64,000 nucleotides of DNA from Acidimicrobiales bacterium (GCA_035534335.1 DATLSF010000024.1:63692-127691); one strand, 5' to 3'; shown: positions 9,086 to 19,682, counted from the first letter of the stretch. Numbers and translations: made by a program. The notes: generated by a model not told the origin, from the sequence alone.

Positions 9086-10347
9086 CCAACCTCGAATGGT
9101 TTGCAGCGGCGTCGCGAGTGATCCCCGGCGGCGTCGATTCGCCGGTGCGCTCCTTTGGTTCGGTGGGCGGCACCCCCTACACCGTCGTGAGCGGCGCGGG
9201 CGCGTACGTGACCGACGTCGAGGGCCGTCGCTACCTCGACTTCGTCCAGTCCTACGGCGCGTCGATCCTCGGTCACGCCCACCCCGCGGTCGTCGACGCC
9301 CTCCAGTGCGCCGCTGGTCTCGGCACGACCTTCGGTGCGCCGACGCCCGGCGAGGTGCGACTCGCCGAGATGATGACTGAGCGCGTCGCGGGCCTCGAGC
9401 AGGTGCGCTTCGTATCCTCCGGCACCGAGGCGGCGATGAGCGCGGTGCGCCTGGCGCGAGGGGTGACCGGGCGACAACGAATTGTGAAGTTCGACGGCTG
9501 CTATCACGGCCACTCCGACGCGCTCTTGGTGGCGGGGGGCAGTGGCGTGGCCCAATTGGGTCTGCCCGGTTCGGCGGGCGTGACGCCCGGTGCGGTGGCT
9601 GACACCGTGGTCGCGCCCTACAACGTGGTGCCGGGGCTCGACGAGACGGTCGCCGCGGTGGTGGTCGAGCCCGTGGCCGCCAACATGAACCTGGTCGCGC
9701 CGCAGCCGGGGTTCTTGGAGGGCCTGCGCACCGCCTGCGATGAGGTCGGCGCGCTGCTCATCTTCGACGAGGTCATCACGGGGTTCCGTCTGGCGGTTGG
9801 GGGAGCCGAGGAGTACTTCGACGTGACGCCTGACCTTTGGTGCTTCGGCAAGGTGATCGGCGGGGGACTTCCGGTCGGGGCCTTCGGGGGTTCGCGCGAG
9901 GTGATGGGACAACTCGCGCCGAGCGGGCCGGTCTACCAAGCCGGGACGCTGTCGGGCAATCCGCTGGCGACCGCCGCCGGCTCCACCGTGCTGGAGCTCG
10001 TGACCGCTCCAGAGCTGGCTCAACTCTCTTCGCGCGTCGCTGCCTTCGCCGCGTCGCTGGCCGCGTCGATCGCAGAGGGCGGATTCTTCGCGGCGACGCC
10101 CACCGCCGGACCACTTATGGGTCTCTTTCTCGACCGGGCACCAATCAGCGTGCCGACCGACTTCAGCACCGCCCAGCGCCTGGCCGACAACGGCCTCTAC
10201 GCGCGGTTCTTCCACGCGATGCTCGCGCGCGGGGTGGCGCTGGCCCCGGGCGCCTACGAGATCCTGTTCGTCTCGCTGGCCCACAGCGACGCCGACCTCG
10301 AACGCACCGTGCAGCTGGCGGGCCAAGCCGCGCGAGAGATCTCGTGA
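9082..10347 (+). CDS. hemL: Glutamate-1-semialdehyde 2,1-aminomutase
   Basis: IPGGVDSPVR, VSSGTEA, KFDGCYHGHSD, FDEVITGFR, FGKVIGGGLPVGAFGG, YQAGTLSGNP. Confidence 0.96.
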   Translation: MTNLEWFAAASRVIPGGVDSPVRSFGSVGGTPYTVVSGAGAYVTDVEGRRYLDFVQSYGASILGHAHPAVVDALQCAAGLGTTFGAPTPGEVRLAEMMTERVAGLEQVRFVSSGTEAAMSAVRLARGVTGRQRIVKFDGCYHGHSDALLVAGGSGVAQLGLPGSAGVTPGAVADTVVAPYNVVPGLDETVAAVVVEPVAANMNLVAPQPGFLEGLRTACDEVGALLIFDEVITGFRLAVGGAEEYFDVTPDLWCFGKVIGGGLPVGAFGGSREVMGQLAPSGPVYQAGTLSGNPLATAAGSTVLELVTAPELAQLSSRVAAFAASLAASIAEGGFFAATPTAGPLMGLFLDRAPISVPTDFSTAQRLADNGLYARFFHAMLARGVALAPGAYEILFVSLAHSDADLERTVQLAGQAAREIS

Positions 10348-11441
10348 CCGCGTTGCGCAGCCCGGGCTGGACCGTGCGGCCGAGCTTCGTGCCCCACGGC
10401 GCGACCAACGACGTCACCCTGGTGGCCGATGATCGCGCGCTCACCCAGCTGACCGGGGTGCCGGACGTTGCCTGGCAGACGCCCTGGGAGGAGTTGACGC
10501 AAATGCACCTCGTGCGGCTGCGACGCGGTATGGCGCTCTTCGCCACGGTGGCCGGCGTGCGCTACTGCTGGCGCACGAACAACCTCTCCGATTACGAGGC
10601 CTGGCGCGAGATCGTGACCGCTCGCGGTGGGGTGGTGGCGCGACGACCGCGCCGCGTCGGGGCCCTCGTCGTGGTGATCGTCGTGCTGCTGGCCTCCTTC
10701 GCTGGTGGCATCGCGGCCTTCTTCACGAGCTCGTCGGGTCCCTCGGGCGAGTTGACCGCGGCTCGCGCCGTGAATCTGCGCCTCGATGACCTGCCACTCG
10801 GGTGGAGCGTCACCGCACAGTCGTACCTCTCGGCGATCTTCACTGCGCCGGGCAAGGTCGTCCATTCGTCATCCGTAACCGTGACGACCGCGGCGCCCAG
10901 TTCGCAGTGGGGCCAGATCTCCTCGGTGTTTCAGAGTTGCCTCGGGGTGTCGGGCGCGAGCGACCGCATGTTCGGGGCCGCCGGACAGGCGCCGGACTAC
11001 CAGTTGACCTCGTCGATCTTTCGTTCCGACTCCTTCGGGGGCATCGACCTGGCGTCGGCGACCCAGTACTACCGCACGACGACGATGGTGCGCCGCGACG
11101 TCGCCGAGATGTCCCAGCCGCGCTTCGGCCCGTGCATGGCGGCAGTGAACAAAGCGCTCATCCTCACGGCGGTCAATCGCAAGGTGCCGAAGGTCGCACC
11201 GGGGACCGCGTGGCACCCGATTACCTTCGTGCACGGCTTCGCGCGCGGCGGGGTGGTCCAACTCTCCGTGCCGGGCATCTCCACGCCCGTTCACCTGGTG
11301 GTGGTCGAGGTTGCGTCCGGACACTTCGAGGTCGAGCTCGGCGCTCTGGTGGTCCAGTGGCCTCAGAGCGAGAAGTTCATCGCGTCGACGGTGAACACCT
11401 TGTTGGGGCGCGAGACGTCAGCGACCGCGACGCCGGCCTGA
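10344..11441 (+). CDS. Hypothetical single-pass membrane protein
   Basis: GTGA overlap with hemL. One TM (VGALVVVIVVLLASFAGGIAAFF), then an extracytoplasmic domain with LDDLPLGW and two Cys. Confidence 0.65.
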   Translation: MTALRSPGWTVRPSFVPHGATNDVTLVADDRALTQLTGVPDVAWQTPWEELTQMHLVRLRRGMALFATVAGVRYCWRTNNLSDYEAWREIVTARGGVVARRPRRVGALVVVIVVLLASFAGGIAAFFTSSSGPSGELTAARAVNLRLDDLPLGWSVTAQSYLSAIFTAPGKVVHSSSVTVTTAAPSSQWGQISSVFQSCLGVSGASDRMFGAAGQAPDYQLTSSIFRSDSFGGIDLASATQYYRTTTMVRRDVAEMSQPRFGPCMAAVNKALILTAVNRKVPKVAPGTAWHPITFVHGFARGGVVQLSVPGISTPVHLVVVEVASGHFEVELGALVVQWPQSEKFIASTVNTLLGRETSATATPA

Positions 11442-12260
11442 TCAACCGCCGGCGCTGGTCACGATCACGTCGGTGAGGAACCCCACCAGCAGGCCCGTGC
11501 AGACCCCCACGTAGACGGTGGTCGGATTCGTGCTGCGCGAAGCGACGTAGAGCAGCTGGCAGATCACGAAGATGATCGAGCCTCCGGCGAGTGACAGGAA
11601 GAGTATGGACAGAGTCGTACTCGACCAGGTCCATCCCACGATGGCGCCGAGGGTCGTCGGGCCTCCGCCGATCAGGGCGACGAGACCGAGGAACCCCCAC
11701 GACGGTCGGTGCTGGGACCCCGCCAGCGGCGACACGATGCCGAATCCCTCGGTCGCGTTGTGAAGGCCGAAACCGATCACCAGCACCGTCGAGAGGCCGA
11801 GGGCCCCCAGGCGTGCCGACGATCCGATCGCGAGGCCTTCGCCGAAGTTGTGCAGTCCGATGCCGATGGCGATCATCATCGACAGGTGGGTGGGCGTGGG
11901 CACGAACTCCAACCCCGAACTGGCGTCGTGTTCCGCCTCGCGTCGACCGCGTGCCCACTTCTGGTAGACGGCGAGGCTCATCAATCCGACCGCGGCACCC
12001 CCGACCAGCAGGACGATGTCCAGAACGGCGCGCCCCACCGACCCGCCGTGGTGCACGTGCAGGTCGTGCAACTGGGTCTGGATCGGGTCGTAGGCGTGGG
12101 AGAACACGTCGATCACGAGAAAGAAGAGGACCCCGACGGCCAGCGCGTTGAGCAGGGTGCGCAGCTGTGCCGCGGGCGTCTTCATGCGCCCGACCGGCAG
12201 GCCGAGCACGATGGTCGCTCCGGCGACGAAGCCCAGGATCAGCGTGCGCGTCAGCGACAC
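11442..12260 (-). CDS. ZIP-family metal transporter
   Basis: GIGLHNFGEGLAIG and GFGLHNATEGFGI ZIP signature motifs. Confidence 0.9.
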   Translation of the reverse strand: MSLTRTLILGFVAGATIVLGLPVGRMKTPAAQLRTLLNALAVGVLFFLVIDVFSHAYDPIQTQLHDLHVHHGGSVGRAVLDIVLLVGGAAVGLMSLAVYQKWARGRREAEHDASSGLEFVPTPTHLSMMIAIGIGLHNFGEGLAIGSSARLGALGLSTVLVIGFGLHNATEGFGIVSPLAGSQHRPSWGFLGLVALIGGGPTTLGAIVGWTWSSTTLSILFLSLAGGSIIFVICQLLYVASRSTNPTTVYVGVCTGLLVGFLTDVIVTSAGG

Positions 12261-12285
12261 TGCGTCTCGGGGGTCTCGCGAACTC

Positions 12286-13629
12286 TCACGCCACGGGCGC
12301 TGTCTCGACGTTGTGGAGCAGCAGTTGGTAGGCGCGCTCGGGGATCACGTCGGCCAGTCGCTCCAGCGCGCGGTAGCCGAACTCGCCGGCCCCGGGGTCC
12401 TGGCTCGACATGAGATTCGCCATGACCTTGAGCAGCTCGCGCATGACCGGCGCGATGCGCATGCCCACACTCATGCAGGCCGTCAGGATGCGCGGCTCGG
12501 AGATGACGCGCACGAAGGCCCGCGCCACTTTGAAGTAGTCGCCGTAGGCCGCCTCGACGCGTTCGTCGTAGAGAGCGAGCGCCGCGCGGTCGCCGCTGGC
12601 CAGGGCCTCACCGAGGACGCCGGCCGCCAGGCGTCCGGTTTCGTATCCGTAGGCGATGCCTTCGCCGTTGAACGGGTTCACCGTTCCGGCGGCGTCGCCA
12701 ATCACCAGGGTGTTCGGTCCCGTACGCGGACCGACGGCCAGGCCCATGGGGAGACGCCCGCCGGTCGCGGGACCTTCACAGGAGGCCTCACTCAGTCCCC
12801 AGTCCGCACCCACCTGGTTGACGAAGTACTCCTGGAGCTTCGTGGTGTTGACGCCCTTCCAGGCGCCTGCGGTCGAGAGCAGACCGACACCGACGTTGAC
12901 GCGACCGTCGCCCAAGGGGAAGATCCATCCGTAGCCGGGCACGACACGTCCGAGGGGATCGCGGATGTCCAGGTGCGAGTCGATCCACGGTTCGTCGTGG
13001 CGCTCGCTGCGGTAGTAGCCGCGTAGCGCCATGCCCTGGGGCCACTCTCGGTTGCGCGTCGTGCCGAGCTCGCGACCCATTCGCGAGTTCTGGCCGTCGG
13101 CGACCACGACGTAGCGTCCGAGCACCTCGGCGTGCGCGCCGGAGGCTTTGTCGGCGACCGCCACGCCCCGCGCGCCCCGAAGTGAACCGTCCGGCGCGGG
13201 CGTGGCGTCAACGAGGCCGAGCGCCTCGACGCCGGCGAGAAGCACGGCCCCGCGCTTCGCGGCGTCGTTGGCCACGAGCCCGTCGAGGTCGAAACGGGTG
13301 ATGCAGTAGCCGTAGTTGGGAAAGACCGGGTGTTCGGGCCACTCCAGCTCGAGCGACGCGCCGTAGCCGAAGGCCCGCAGTCCGTGGTAGCGGTGACCGT
13401 GCTCGGCCACGGTCTCTTCGAGTTCCATGGCCGCGAGTTGATAGACCGAGCGCGGTGTGAGTCCGTCGCCACAGGTCTTGACGCGCGGGAACACCTTCTT
13501 CTCCACGAGGGCGACCGACCAGCCGGCGCGAGCCAGCCAGTGCGCGCACGCAGAACCGCTGGGTCCCGCGCCCACCACCACGACGTCGAAGGTCGTCGAG
13601 GTGACGAGAGGGTTTCCGAGCCCGGGCAC
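12286..13629 (-). CDS. Geranylgeranyl-reductase family FAD oxidoreductase, MenJ-like
   Basis: VVGAGPSG, FPRVKTCGDGLTPR, GYGWIFP, GDAAGTVNPFNGEGIAYG. -10 TAGGCT (13642-13637) lies 7 nt upstream. Confidence 0.85.
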   Translation of the reverse strand: MPGLGNPLVTSTTFDVVVVGAGPSGSACAHWLARAGWSVALVEKKVFPRVKTCGDGLTPRSVYQLAAMELEETVAEHGHRYHGLRAFGYGASLELEWPEHPVFPNYGYCITRFDLDGLVANDAAKRGAVLLAGVEALGLVDATPAPDGSLRGARGVAVADKASGAHAEVLGRYVVVADGQNSRMGRELGTTRNREWPQGMALRGYYRSERHDEPWIDSHLDIRDPLGRVVPGYGWIFPLGDGRVNVGVGLLSTAGAWKGVNTTKLQEYFVNQVGADWGLSEASCEGPATGGRLPMGLAVGPRTGPNTLVIGDAAGTVNPFNGEGIAYGYETGRLAAGVLGEALASGDRAALALYDERVEAAYGDYFKVARAFVRVISEPRILTACMSVGMRIAPVMRELLKVMANLMSSQDPGAGEFGYRALERLADVIPERAYQLLLHNVETAPVA

Positions 13630-13800
13630 GGCTGCCAGCCTACGGTGTGGGCTTTACGTTCTCCGCGACGAACTCCGTAGAGTTGCTGGCGTGAAGCGAA
13701 CGGCGAGGAGTCGCGGTGGTGGCTCCGCGGCCTCCACGGGCAGCACGCGGGACCGAACGACCCGTTGGGCGCCCTCAACTCGGCGTCGGACCGGTCGCGC

Positions 13801-14997
13801 GTGACGGGACCGCTGGCGGGCGTACGCGTCGTGGAACTGGCGTCGGTCATCATGACCCCGTACGCCGGCCAGTTGCTCGGAGACCTGGGCGCCGACGTCA
13901 TCAAGGTCGAGCACGCGGGCATGGATTCCAGTCGCGTCATGGGCGGCGGGCCCCGAGTGGACCTGTCGGGTATCGCCCTCAACCTGCACCGCAACAAGCG
14001 GTCCCTCTTCCTGGACGTCAAGACCCCCAGGGGAGGCGAGGTCTTTCGCCGGCTCCTGGTTAACTGCGACGTCCTGCTCACGAACCTGCGTCCCGGGGCC
14101 CTGGCCCGACTGGGACTGAGTTACGACGACCTGTCGAGCTCGTTCCCGGGACTCGTCTACTGCCAGTCCCAGGGTTTCGCCTCCGACGGTGACGACGCGG
14201 ACCGGCCCGCCTACGACGACATCATCCAGGCCATGGTGGGCATGCCGTGGTTGAACGAACGGGTGCTGGGTCAGACGTCGTACTTCCCGTCCATCATCGG
14301 CGACAAGATCGCGGGCCTGACGATCACCTACGGGGTCCTCGCTGCGCTGGTGCACCGCGAGCGCACGGGGCAGGGACAGAAGGTCGAGGTCCCGATGTTC
14401 GACGCCGTCCTGGCCTTCAACCTCGTCGAGCACCTGAGCGGCGCGACGTTCCCGGGCGGACCGGCGGGGTACACGCGGATCATGACGCCGCATCGCGGGC
14501 CGCACCGTACCTCGGACGGCTACATCGCGATGATGCCCTACACCGACGAACACTGGAACGCCCTCTTCGCGGCGTTGGAACGAGACGACATCAAGCAGCG
14601 TCCCTGGTTCGCCAGTCACCGTGAGCGTTTGCTCCAAGCGGACCGCGTCTATCGAGACCTGGCCGAACTCATTGCTCAGCGCACGACGGGCGAGTGGTTG
14701 GAGTTGTGCGCACGGCTCAACATCCCCGCCAGTCCCGTCGCGTCCCTGGATGACATCGTCAACGATCCGAACGAACATCGCGGGGTCCTGCGCGACGAGG
14801 TCCATCCCATCGTCGGCGCGTACCGCCACATCAACTCGCCGGTCAAGATGTCGGCGACGCCGGAGTCGACGCTGCGCCACGCGCCGATCGTCGCCCAGCA
14901 CACCCAGGAGATACTCGGCGAGCTGGGATTCACCGACGTTGAGATCGACCAACTGGTGGCCGAGGGCGTCGCGGCGCGGCCCGACGACCTCGCGTGA
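13801..14997 (+). CDS. CaiB/BaiF family III CoA-transferase
   Basis: PLAGVRVVEL, DLGADVIKVE, LHRNKRS, AYDDIIQA, GDKIAG. GTG 13801 preferred over TTG 13765. Confidence 0.9.
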   Translation: MTGPLAGVRVVELASVIMTPYAGQLLGDLGADVIKVEHAGMDSSRVMGGGPRVDLSGIALNLHRNKRSLFLDVKTPRGGEVFRRLLVNCDVLLTNLRPGALARLGLSYDDLSSSFPGLVYCQSQGFASDGDDADRPAYDDIIQAMVGMPWLNERVLGQTSYFPSIIGDKIAGLTITYGVLAALVHRERTGQGQKVEVPMFDAVLAFNLVEHLSGATFPGGPAGYTRIMTPHRGPHRTSDGYIAMMPYTDEHWNALFAALERDDIKQRPWFASHRERLLQADRVYRDLAELIAQRTTGEWLELCARLNIPASPVASLDDIVNDPNEHRGVLRDEVHPIVGAYRHINSPVKMSATPESTLRHAPIVAQHTQEILGELGFTDVEIDQLVAEGVAARPDDLA

Positions 14998-15016
14998 GAC
15001 TCCGTACGCTTAGGCC

Positions 15017-16159
15017 ATGTCCGGCCCCCTAGACGGCCTCAAGGTCATCGAGCTCGCGGGCCTCGGGCCGGCCCCGTACGCGTGCATGCTGCTGGCCGAC
15101 CTCGGCGCGGACGTGCTGCGCCTGGAGCGCGGCGACCCCGACGCCGACGCGGTCACGACCCACGACCTGCTGAACCGTTCGCGCGACTCGGTGGCCCTGG
15201 ACCTCAAGAGCGACGCCGGGCGCGAGTTGGTCCTCGACCTGTGCGAACAGGCGCACGTGCTCATTGAAGCGTTCCGTCCGGGGGTCACCGAACGGCTGGG
15301 GCTGGGACCGGACCAGGTCCTCGCTCGTAATCCGTCTCTGGTCTACGGCCGCATGACCGGGTTCGGTCAGGAGGGCGTGCTTGCCCAGTCGGCCGGCCAC
15401 GACATCAACTACATCGCGATCTCGGGAGCTCTGTGGCCGATCGGGCGCTCGGGTGAGCGACCAGTGCCGCCGCTCAACTTCGTGGGCGACTTCGGCGGCG
15501 GGGCGATGTTCCTCGCACTGGGCGTGCTCGCCGGGGTGCTCTGGGCGCGCCAGAGCGGCGAGGGACAGGTGGTGGACGCCGCGATGGTCGACGGGTCGGC
15601 CTCGCTGTTGGCCATGACGCACTCCCTGATCGACGCGGGAGTTTGGCACGAGGAGCGTGGGGCCAACATCTTGGACTCGGGCGCGCCCTTCTACGAGGTC
15701 TACGAGACGTCCGATCACGGGTACGTGGCCGTGGGGGCCATTGAGGAGTCGTTCTACCGCCAACTCCTCGATGGCCTGGGCCTGGGTGACGCCGAGCTGC
15801 CCGCGCAGATGGACCGGAAGGCCTGGCCCGAGATGAAGGCCAGATTCGCGCGGATATTCGCCGAGCGCACCCGCGACGAGTGGACGAGCACCTTCGAAGG
15901 CACCGACGCGTGCGTCACGCCCGTGCTGGCGCCGCGCGAGGCGGCGCACCATCGTTACAACGTTGATCGCGAGGTCTTTGACACATCCGGTGCCGTGCAA
16001 CCCCGGCCGGCTCCGCGGTTCTCACGCACTCCGGGCTCCGTGCGGCAGCCGCCGACGCGCGCCGGGTCCGGAACGCGCGCCGGACTACTTCGCTGGGGGG
16101 TCAGCGAGGATCGACTCGCCGCGTTGCGTGAGTCCGGGGCGTTCGGTCGCTCGACGTAG
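15017..16159 (+). CDS. Alpha-methylacyl-CoA racemase-like CaiB/BaiF protein
   Basis: GHDINY and GDFGGG (His/Asp pair of Mcr/AMACR), NILDSGAPFYEVY. -10 TACGCT (15005-15010) lies 6 nt upstream. Confidence 0.88.
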   Translation: MSGPLDGLKVIELAGLGPAPYACMLLADLGADVLRLERGDPDADAVTTHDLLNRSRDSVALDLKSDAGRELVLDLCEQAHVLIEAFRPGVTERLGLGPDQVLARNPSLVYGRMTGFGQEGVLAQSAGHDINYIAISGALWPIGRSGERPVPPLNFVGDFGGGAMFLALGVLAGVLWARQSGEGQVVDAAMVDGSASLLAMTHSLIDAGVWHEERGANILDSGAPFYEVYETSDHGYVAVGAIEESFYRQLLDGLGLGDAELPAQMDRKAWPEMKARFARIFAERTRDEWTSTFEGTDACVTPVLAPREAAHHRYNVDREVFDTSGAVQPRPAPRFSRTPGSVRQPPTRAGSGTRAGLLRWGVSEDRLAALRESGAFGRST

Positions 16160-16213
16160 GTCCGCGAGGCGACGCGCGCCGGCCAGAGGTCGAGTCGTGG
16201 TCTGGTAGAAATT

Positions 16214-16663
16214 ATGGACGTGGACCAGTACCTGCCAATACTGGGACTCCTCGTTCTCGGAGTGGTGTTCGCCGCGGGTTCGCTCGTCGCGTCGTCACTT
16301 TTGGCTCCGCGCAAGCGGCCTTCGGACGCGAAGTTAGCGCCCTACGAGTGCGGGATCGTCCCCGAAATCGAGCCGCCGCAGCGCTTCCCGGTGCGGTTCT
16401 ACCTCGTGGCGATGATCTTCGTGATCTTCGATATTGAGATCGTCTTCCTCTACCCGTTCGCGGTGGTCTTCCGCCAACTCGGCGCCTTTGGACTGGTCGA
16501 GGTGCTGGCATTCTCGGTCACCGTATTCGCGGCGTTGCTGTTCTTGGTGAGTGAGGGCGCGCTGTCGTGGGGGCCGGTCAAGCACCTCACGCGCGGGACC
16601 CCGGAGCGCACGAGTTCCTCGACGATCGTGCGCGTGGGCGCCGACCCGGACCGGGCGGCGTGA
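16214..16663 (+). CDS. nuoA: NADH-quinone oxidoreductase subunit A (start may be GTG 16220)
   Basis: [26 protein letters not shown]. Confidence 0.95.
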   Translation: MDVDQYLPILGLLVLGVVFAAGSLVASSLLAPRKRPSDAKLAPYECGIVPEIEPPQRFPVRFYLVAMIFVIFDIEIVFLYPFAVVFRQLGAFGLVEVLAFSVTVFAALLFLVSEGALSWGPVKHLTRGTPERTSSSTIVRVGADPDRAA

Positions 16664-16664
16664 C

Positions 16665-17225
16665 GTGGCACTCGAGGACCTTCCCCACAACTTCCTGACC
16701 GGTCGACTCGAGGACCTCGTGCGCTGGGCGCGACGCGCCTCGGTGTGGCCGGCGTCCTTCGGACTCGCGTGCTGCGCGATCGAGATGATGGCGACGGGCG
16801 GAGCGGACTTCGACCTCGCGCGCTACGGCATGGAGGTCTTTCGTAACTCGCCGCGTCAGGCGGACCTCATGATCGTGGCCGGTCGTGTCTCTCAGAAGAT
16901 GGCCCCGGTCCTGCGCCAGGTCTACGACCAGATGATGGAACCCAAGTGGGTCATCTCGATGGGCGTGTGCGCCTCGACCGGCGGTCTGTTCAACAACTAC
17001 GCCATCGTCCAGGGCGTCGACCAGATCGTTCCCGTGGACGTGTACGCGCCGGGATGCCCCCCGAGCCCCGAGACGTTGATGCACTCCATCCTCACCCTGC
17101 ACGAGAAGATTCGCACCGGCGAACTGATGCGTCGCCCCGCGCGACCCGAGCCCGAGGTCATTGCCTCGGACAGCCCGTGGACGCCCGACGTGGCGGTCGC
17201 GGTTCGGCTGGGTACGCCCAAGTGA
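16665..17225 (+). CDS. nuoB: NADH-quinone oxidoreductase subunit B
   Basis: [31 protein letters not shown]. Confidence 0.96.
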   Translation: MALEDLPHNFLTGRLEDLVRWARRASVWPASFGLACCAIEMMATGGADFDLARYGMEVFRNSPRQADLMIVAGRVSQKMAPVLRQVYDQMMEPKWVISMGVCASTGGLFNNYAIVQGVDQIVPVDVYAPGCPPSPETLMHSILTLHEKIRTGELMRRPARPEPEVIASDSPWTPDVAVAVRLGTPK

Positions 17226-17716
17226 CGTACCCCGATCCCGAGGCCCCCCCGGGCGTCGTGACCGCCAGCGGTCATTCGACGGACCTGGTGTGCTTTCCCA
17301 CTCGTGAGCGCTACGTCGAGACGGTCAAGTCCTTCAAGGAGAGCGGCTTCGAGCTCTGCGCGGACCTGTGCGCCGTTGACTACCTCGAGTTCGCGGAGCG
17401 CTCTCTCCCCGAGGGTGTCACGCCGACTCGCTTTGAGATCGTGGTCAACCTGCTCAGCCTCAGTCGCTCCCAGCGCGTGGCGGTGCGCGTCCAGGCCGGC
17501 GACGACGGCCCCGAGGTCGACACGCTCTTCTCGCTCTACCCGGGGACCGAGGCCATGGAGCGCGAGGCCTTCGACATGTTCGGCGTGCTGTTCACGGGTC
17601 ATCCCGACATGACACGCATCCTCATGCCCGAAGAGTGGGAGGGACATCCGCTGCGCAAGGACTACGGCAGCGGGCGTGTGCCGGTGCAGTTCAAAGAGGC
17701 GCCAGGTCCACGATGA
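17222..17716 (+). CDS. nuoC: NADH-quinone oxidoreductase subunit C
   Basis: [27 protein letters not shown]. Confidence 0.93.
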   Translation: MTYPDPEAPPGVVTASGHSTDLVCFPTRERYVETVKSFKESGFELCADLCAVDYLEFAERSLPEGVTPTRFEIVVNLLSLSRSQRVAVRVQAGDDGPEVDTLFSLYPGTEAMEREAFDMFGVLFTGHPDMTRILMPEEWEGHPLRKDYGSGRVPVQFKEAPGPR

Positions 17717-19065
17717 GCGATCCGACCATCCGCACCGTCGAGCGCGTCGACCTGCTGGCCGCCGAGACCTCCGAGGGCGCCCAGGAGCTCCAGCGGCGCG
17801 CGAGGACGTCGTCGGGCGAGCTGGGCCGCGAGGTCGGCTCGGTCCTGCGTCTCGACGGACGGGCCTTTGACCCGGACTCGGTCGACTACGAGCGCCGCGA
17901 CGACGAAACGATGATCATCAACATGGGTCCGTCGCACCCGTCGACCCACGGCGTGCTGCGACTGATGCTCGAACTCGACGGTGAGTTCGTCCTGCGCACC
18001 AAGCCGGTGATCGGTTACCTGCACACCGGCATGGAAAAGACCGGCGAGGAGCTGACCTACGTGCAGGGCGCGACCAACGTGACGCGCATGGACTACCTCA
18101 GCCCGGTGATCAACGAGCTGTGCTTCTCCATGGCGGTCGAGACCCTGTTGGGCGTCGAGGTGCCGGCGCGCGCGGTGTGGATCCGCATGCTCATGAGCGA
18201 GCTCAACCGCGTCTCGTCGCACCTGGTGTGGATGGCGACCAATGGGATGGACCTGGGCGCGTCGTCGATGATGATCTACGGGCTGCGCGAGCGCGAGCTC
18301 ATCCTGGCTTTCTTCGAGAAGACGGCCGGCCTGCGCATGAACCTCAACTACGTGCGCCCCGGCGGGGTGGCCGCCGACCTGCCTGACGGTTGGCGGGACG
18401 ACGTCGAGGTCATCTGCGACACGATCTACGAACGGACCTTCGAGTACGACCAGCTGCTGACCGGCCAGCCGATCTTCCGCCAACGCATGGTTGGCGTCGC
18501 GCCAATCACGTCGGAAGAGGCGCTGGCCCTGGGCGTCACTGGTCCGCTGCTGCGCTCGACCGGCGTTGCCTGGGACCTGCGGCGCAACATGCCGTACCTC
18601 GCGTACGACGAGGTGGAGTTCGACGTCATCGTGGGCACGTTCGGTGACAACTTCGACCGGTACGCCATCCGGCTCAACGAGATCCGTGAGTCGCTGCGCA
18701 TCGTGCGCCAATGCCTCGAACGCATGCCCGCGGGCGACTACCGCAGCCAGGACCCGAAGGTGACCCCGCCACCGCGCGCGCGCATCGACGAGTCGATGGA
18801 GGCGCTGATCCACCACTTCAAGCTCTTCACCGAGGGCTTTCATGTGCCGCCCGGCGAGGTCTACACGGCCGTCGAGTCGCCGCGCGGCGAACTGGGCTGT
18901 TACCTGGTGGCCGACGGCGGACCCAAGCCCTACCGCCTGCACACCCGCGCGCCGAGCTTCGTCAACCTCCAGGCCGTGCCGCTGCTGATGCGCGGGGGCT
19001 CGGTGTCCGACACCATCACCGTGATCTCGACGGTCGATCCCGTCATGGGCGAGGTCGACCGGTGA
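17713..19065 (+). CDS. nuoD: NADH-quinone oxidoreductase subunit D
   Basis: NMGPSHPSTHGVLRL, GYLHTGMEK, TRMDY, ESPRGELG, GEVDR. Confidence 0.96.
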   Translation: MSDPTIRTVERVDLLAAETSEGAQELQRRARTSSGELGREVGSVLRLDGRAFDPDSVDYERRDDETMIINMGPSHPSTHGVLRLMLELDGEFVLRTKPVIGYLHTGMEKTGEELTYVQGATNVTRMDYLSPVINELCFSMAVETLLGVEVPARAVWIRMLMSELNRVSSHLVWMATNGMDLGASSMMIYGLRERELILAFFEKTAGLRMNLNYVRPGGVAADLPDGWRDDVEVICDTIYERTFEYDQLLTGQPIFRQRMVGVAPITSEEALALGVTGPLLRSTGVAWDLRRNMPYLAYDEVEFDVIVGTFGDNFDRYAIRLNEIRESLRIVRQCLERMPAGDYRSQDPKVTPPPRARIDESMEALIHHFKLFTEGFHVPPGEVYTAVESPRGELGCYLVADGGPKPYRLHTRAPSFVNLQAVPLLMRGGSVSDTITVISTVDPVMGEVDR

Positions 19066-19682
19066 GCCACCTACGCACCGACCTGCGCCAGCGCGCCGAG
19101 GAGCTGGTCGCGCTCTATCCGCGCAAGCGTTCGGCGATGCTGCCCCTGCTGCACCTGGTGCAGGAGCAAGACGGTTTCGTCACCGACGAGGGCATGGCCG
19201 AGGTGGCCGAGCTCACCGGCACCACCCCGGCCGAGGTACGCGGCACCGCCTCCTTCTACGACATGTTCCACCTGAGCCCGGTCGGGCGCTACGTCGTGGG
19301 GGTGTGCACCAACATTGCCTGCCTGCTCGCCGGCGGCGAGGAGATGCTGACCCACGCGGGCGCCACGCTGGGCTGTGAGGTCGGCGCCACCTCCGACGAT
19401 GGACTATTCACGCTCGAAGAGACCGAGTGCCTCGCCGACTGCGACCGCGCACCGTGCGTGCAGGTGAATCACCGCTACGTGCGCACGACCACTCCGGAGG
19501 CCTTCGACGCCCTGGTCGGCGAGTTGCGCGACGGCAAGCGTGACGCCGACATCCCGGCGCACGGGACGCTGATGCGCGTGCGCCGAAGCGGGCCACTGCA
19601 CGTGGAGTCCGAGCAGCTGGCCGCCGAGCGCGTGAAGGCGTTGGCCGCGCGCGAGAAGCGCACCGCGAAGGAGGGCGCGTAG
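19062..19682 (+). CDS. nuoE: NADH-quinone oxidoreductase subunit E
   Basis: SFYDMF, CTNIAC, ECLADC 2Fe-2S ligands. Confidence 0.93.
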   Translation: MSHLRTDLRQRAEELVALYPRKRSAMLPLLHLVQEQDGFVTDEGMAEVAELTGTTPAEVRGTASFYDMFHLSPVGRYVVGVCTNIACLLAGGEEMLTHAGATLGCEVGATSDDGLFTLEETECLADCDRAPCVQVNHRYVRTTTPEAFDALVGELRDGKRDADIPAHGTLMRVRRSGPLHVESEQLAAERVKALAAREKRTAKEGA

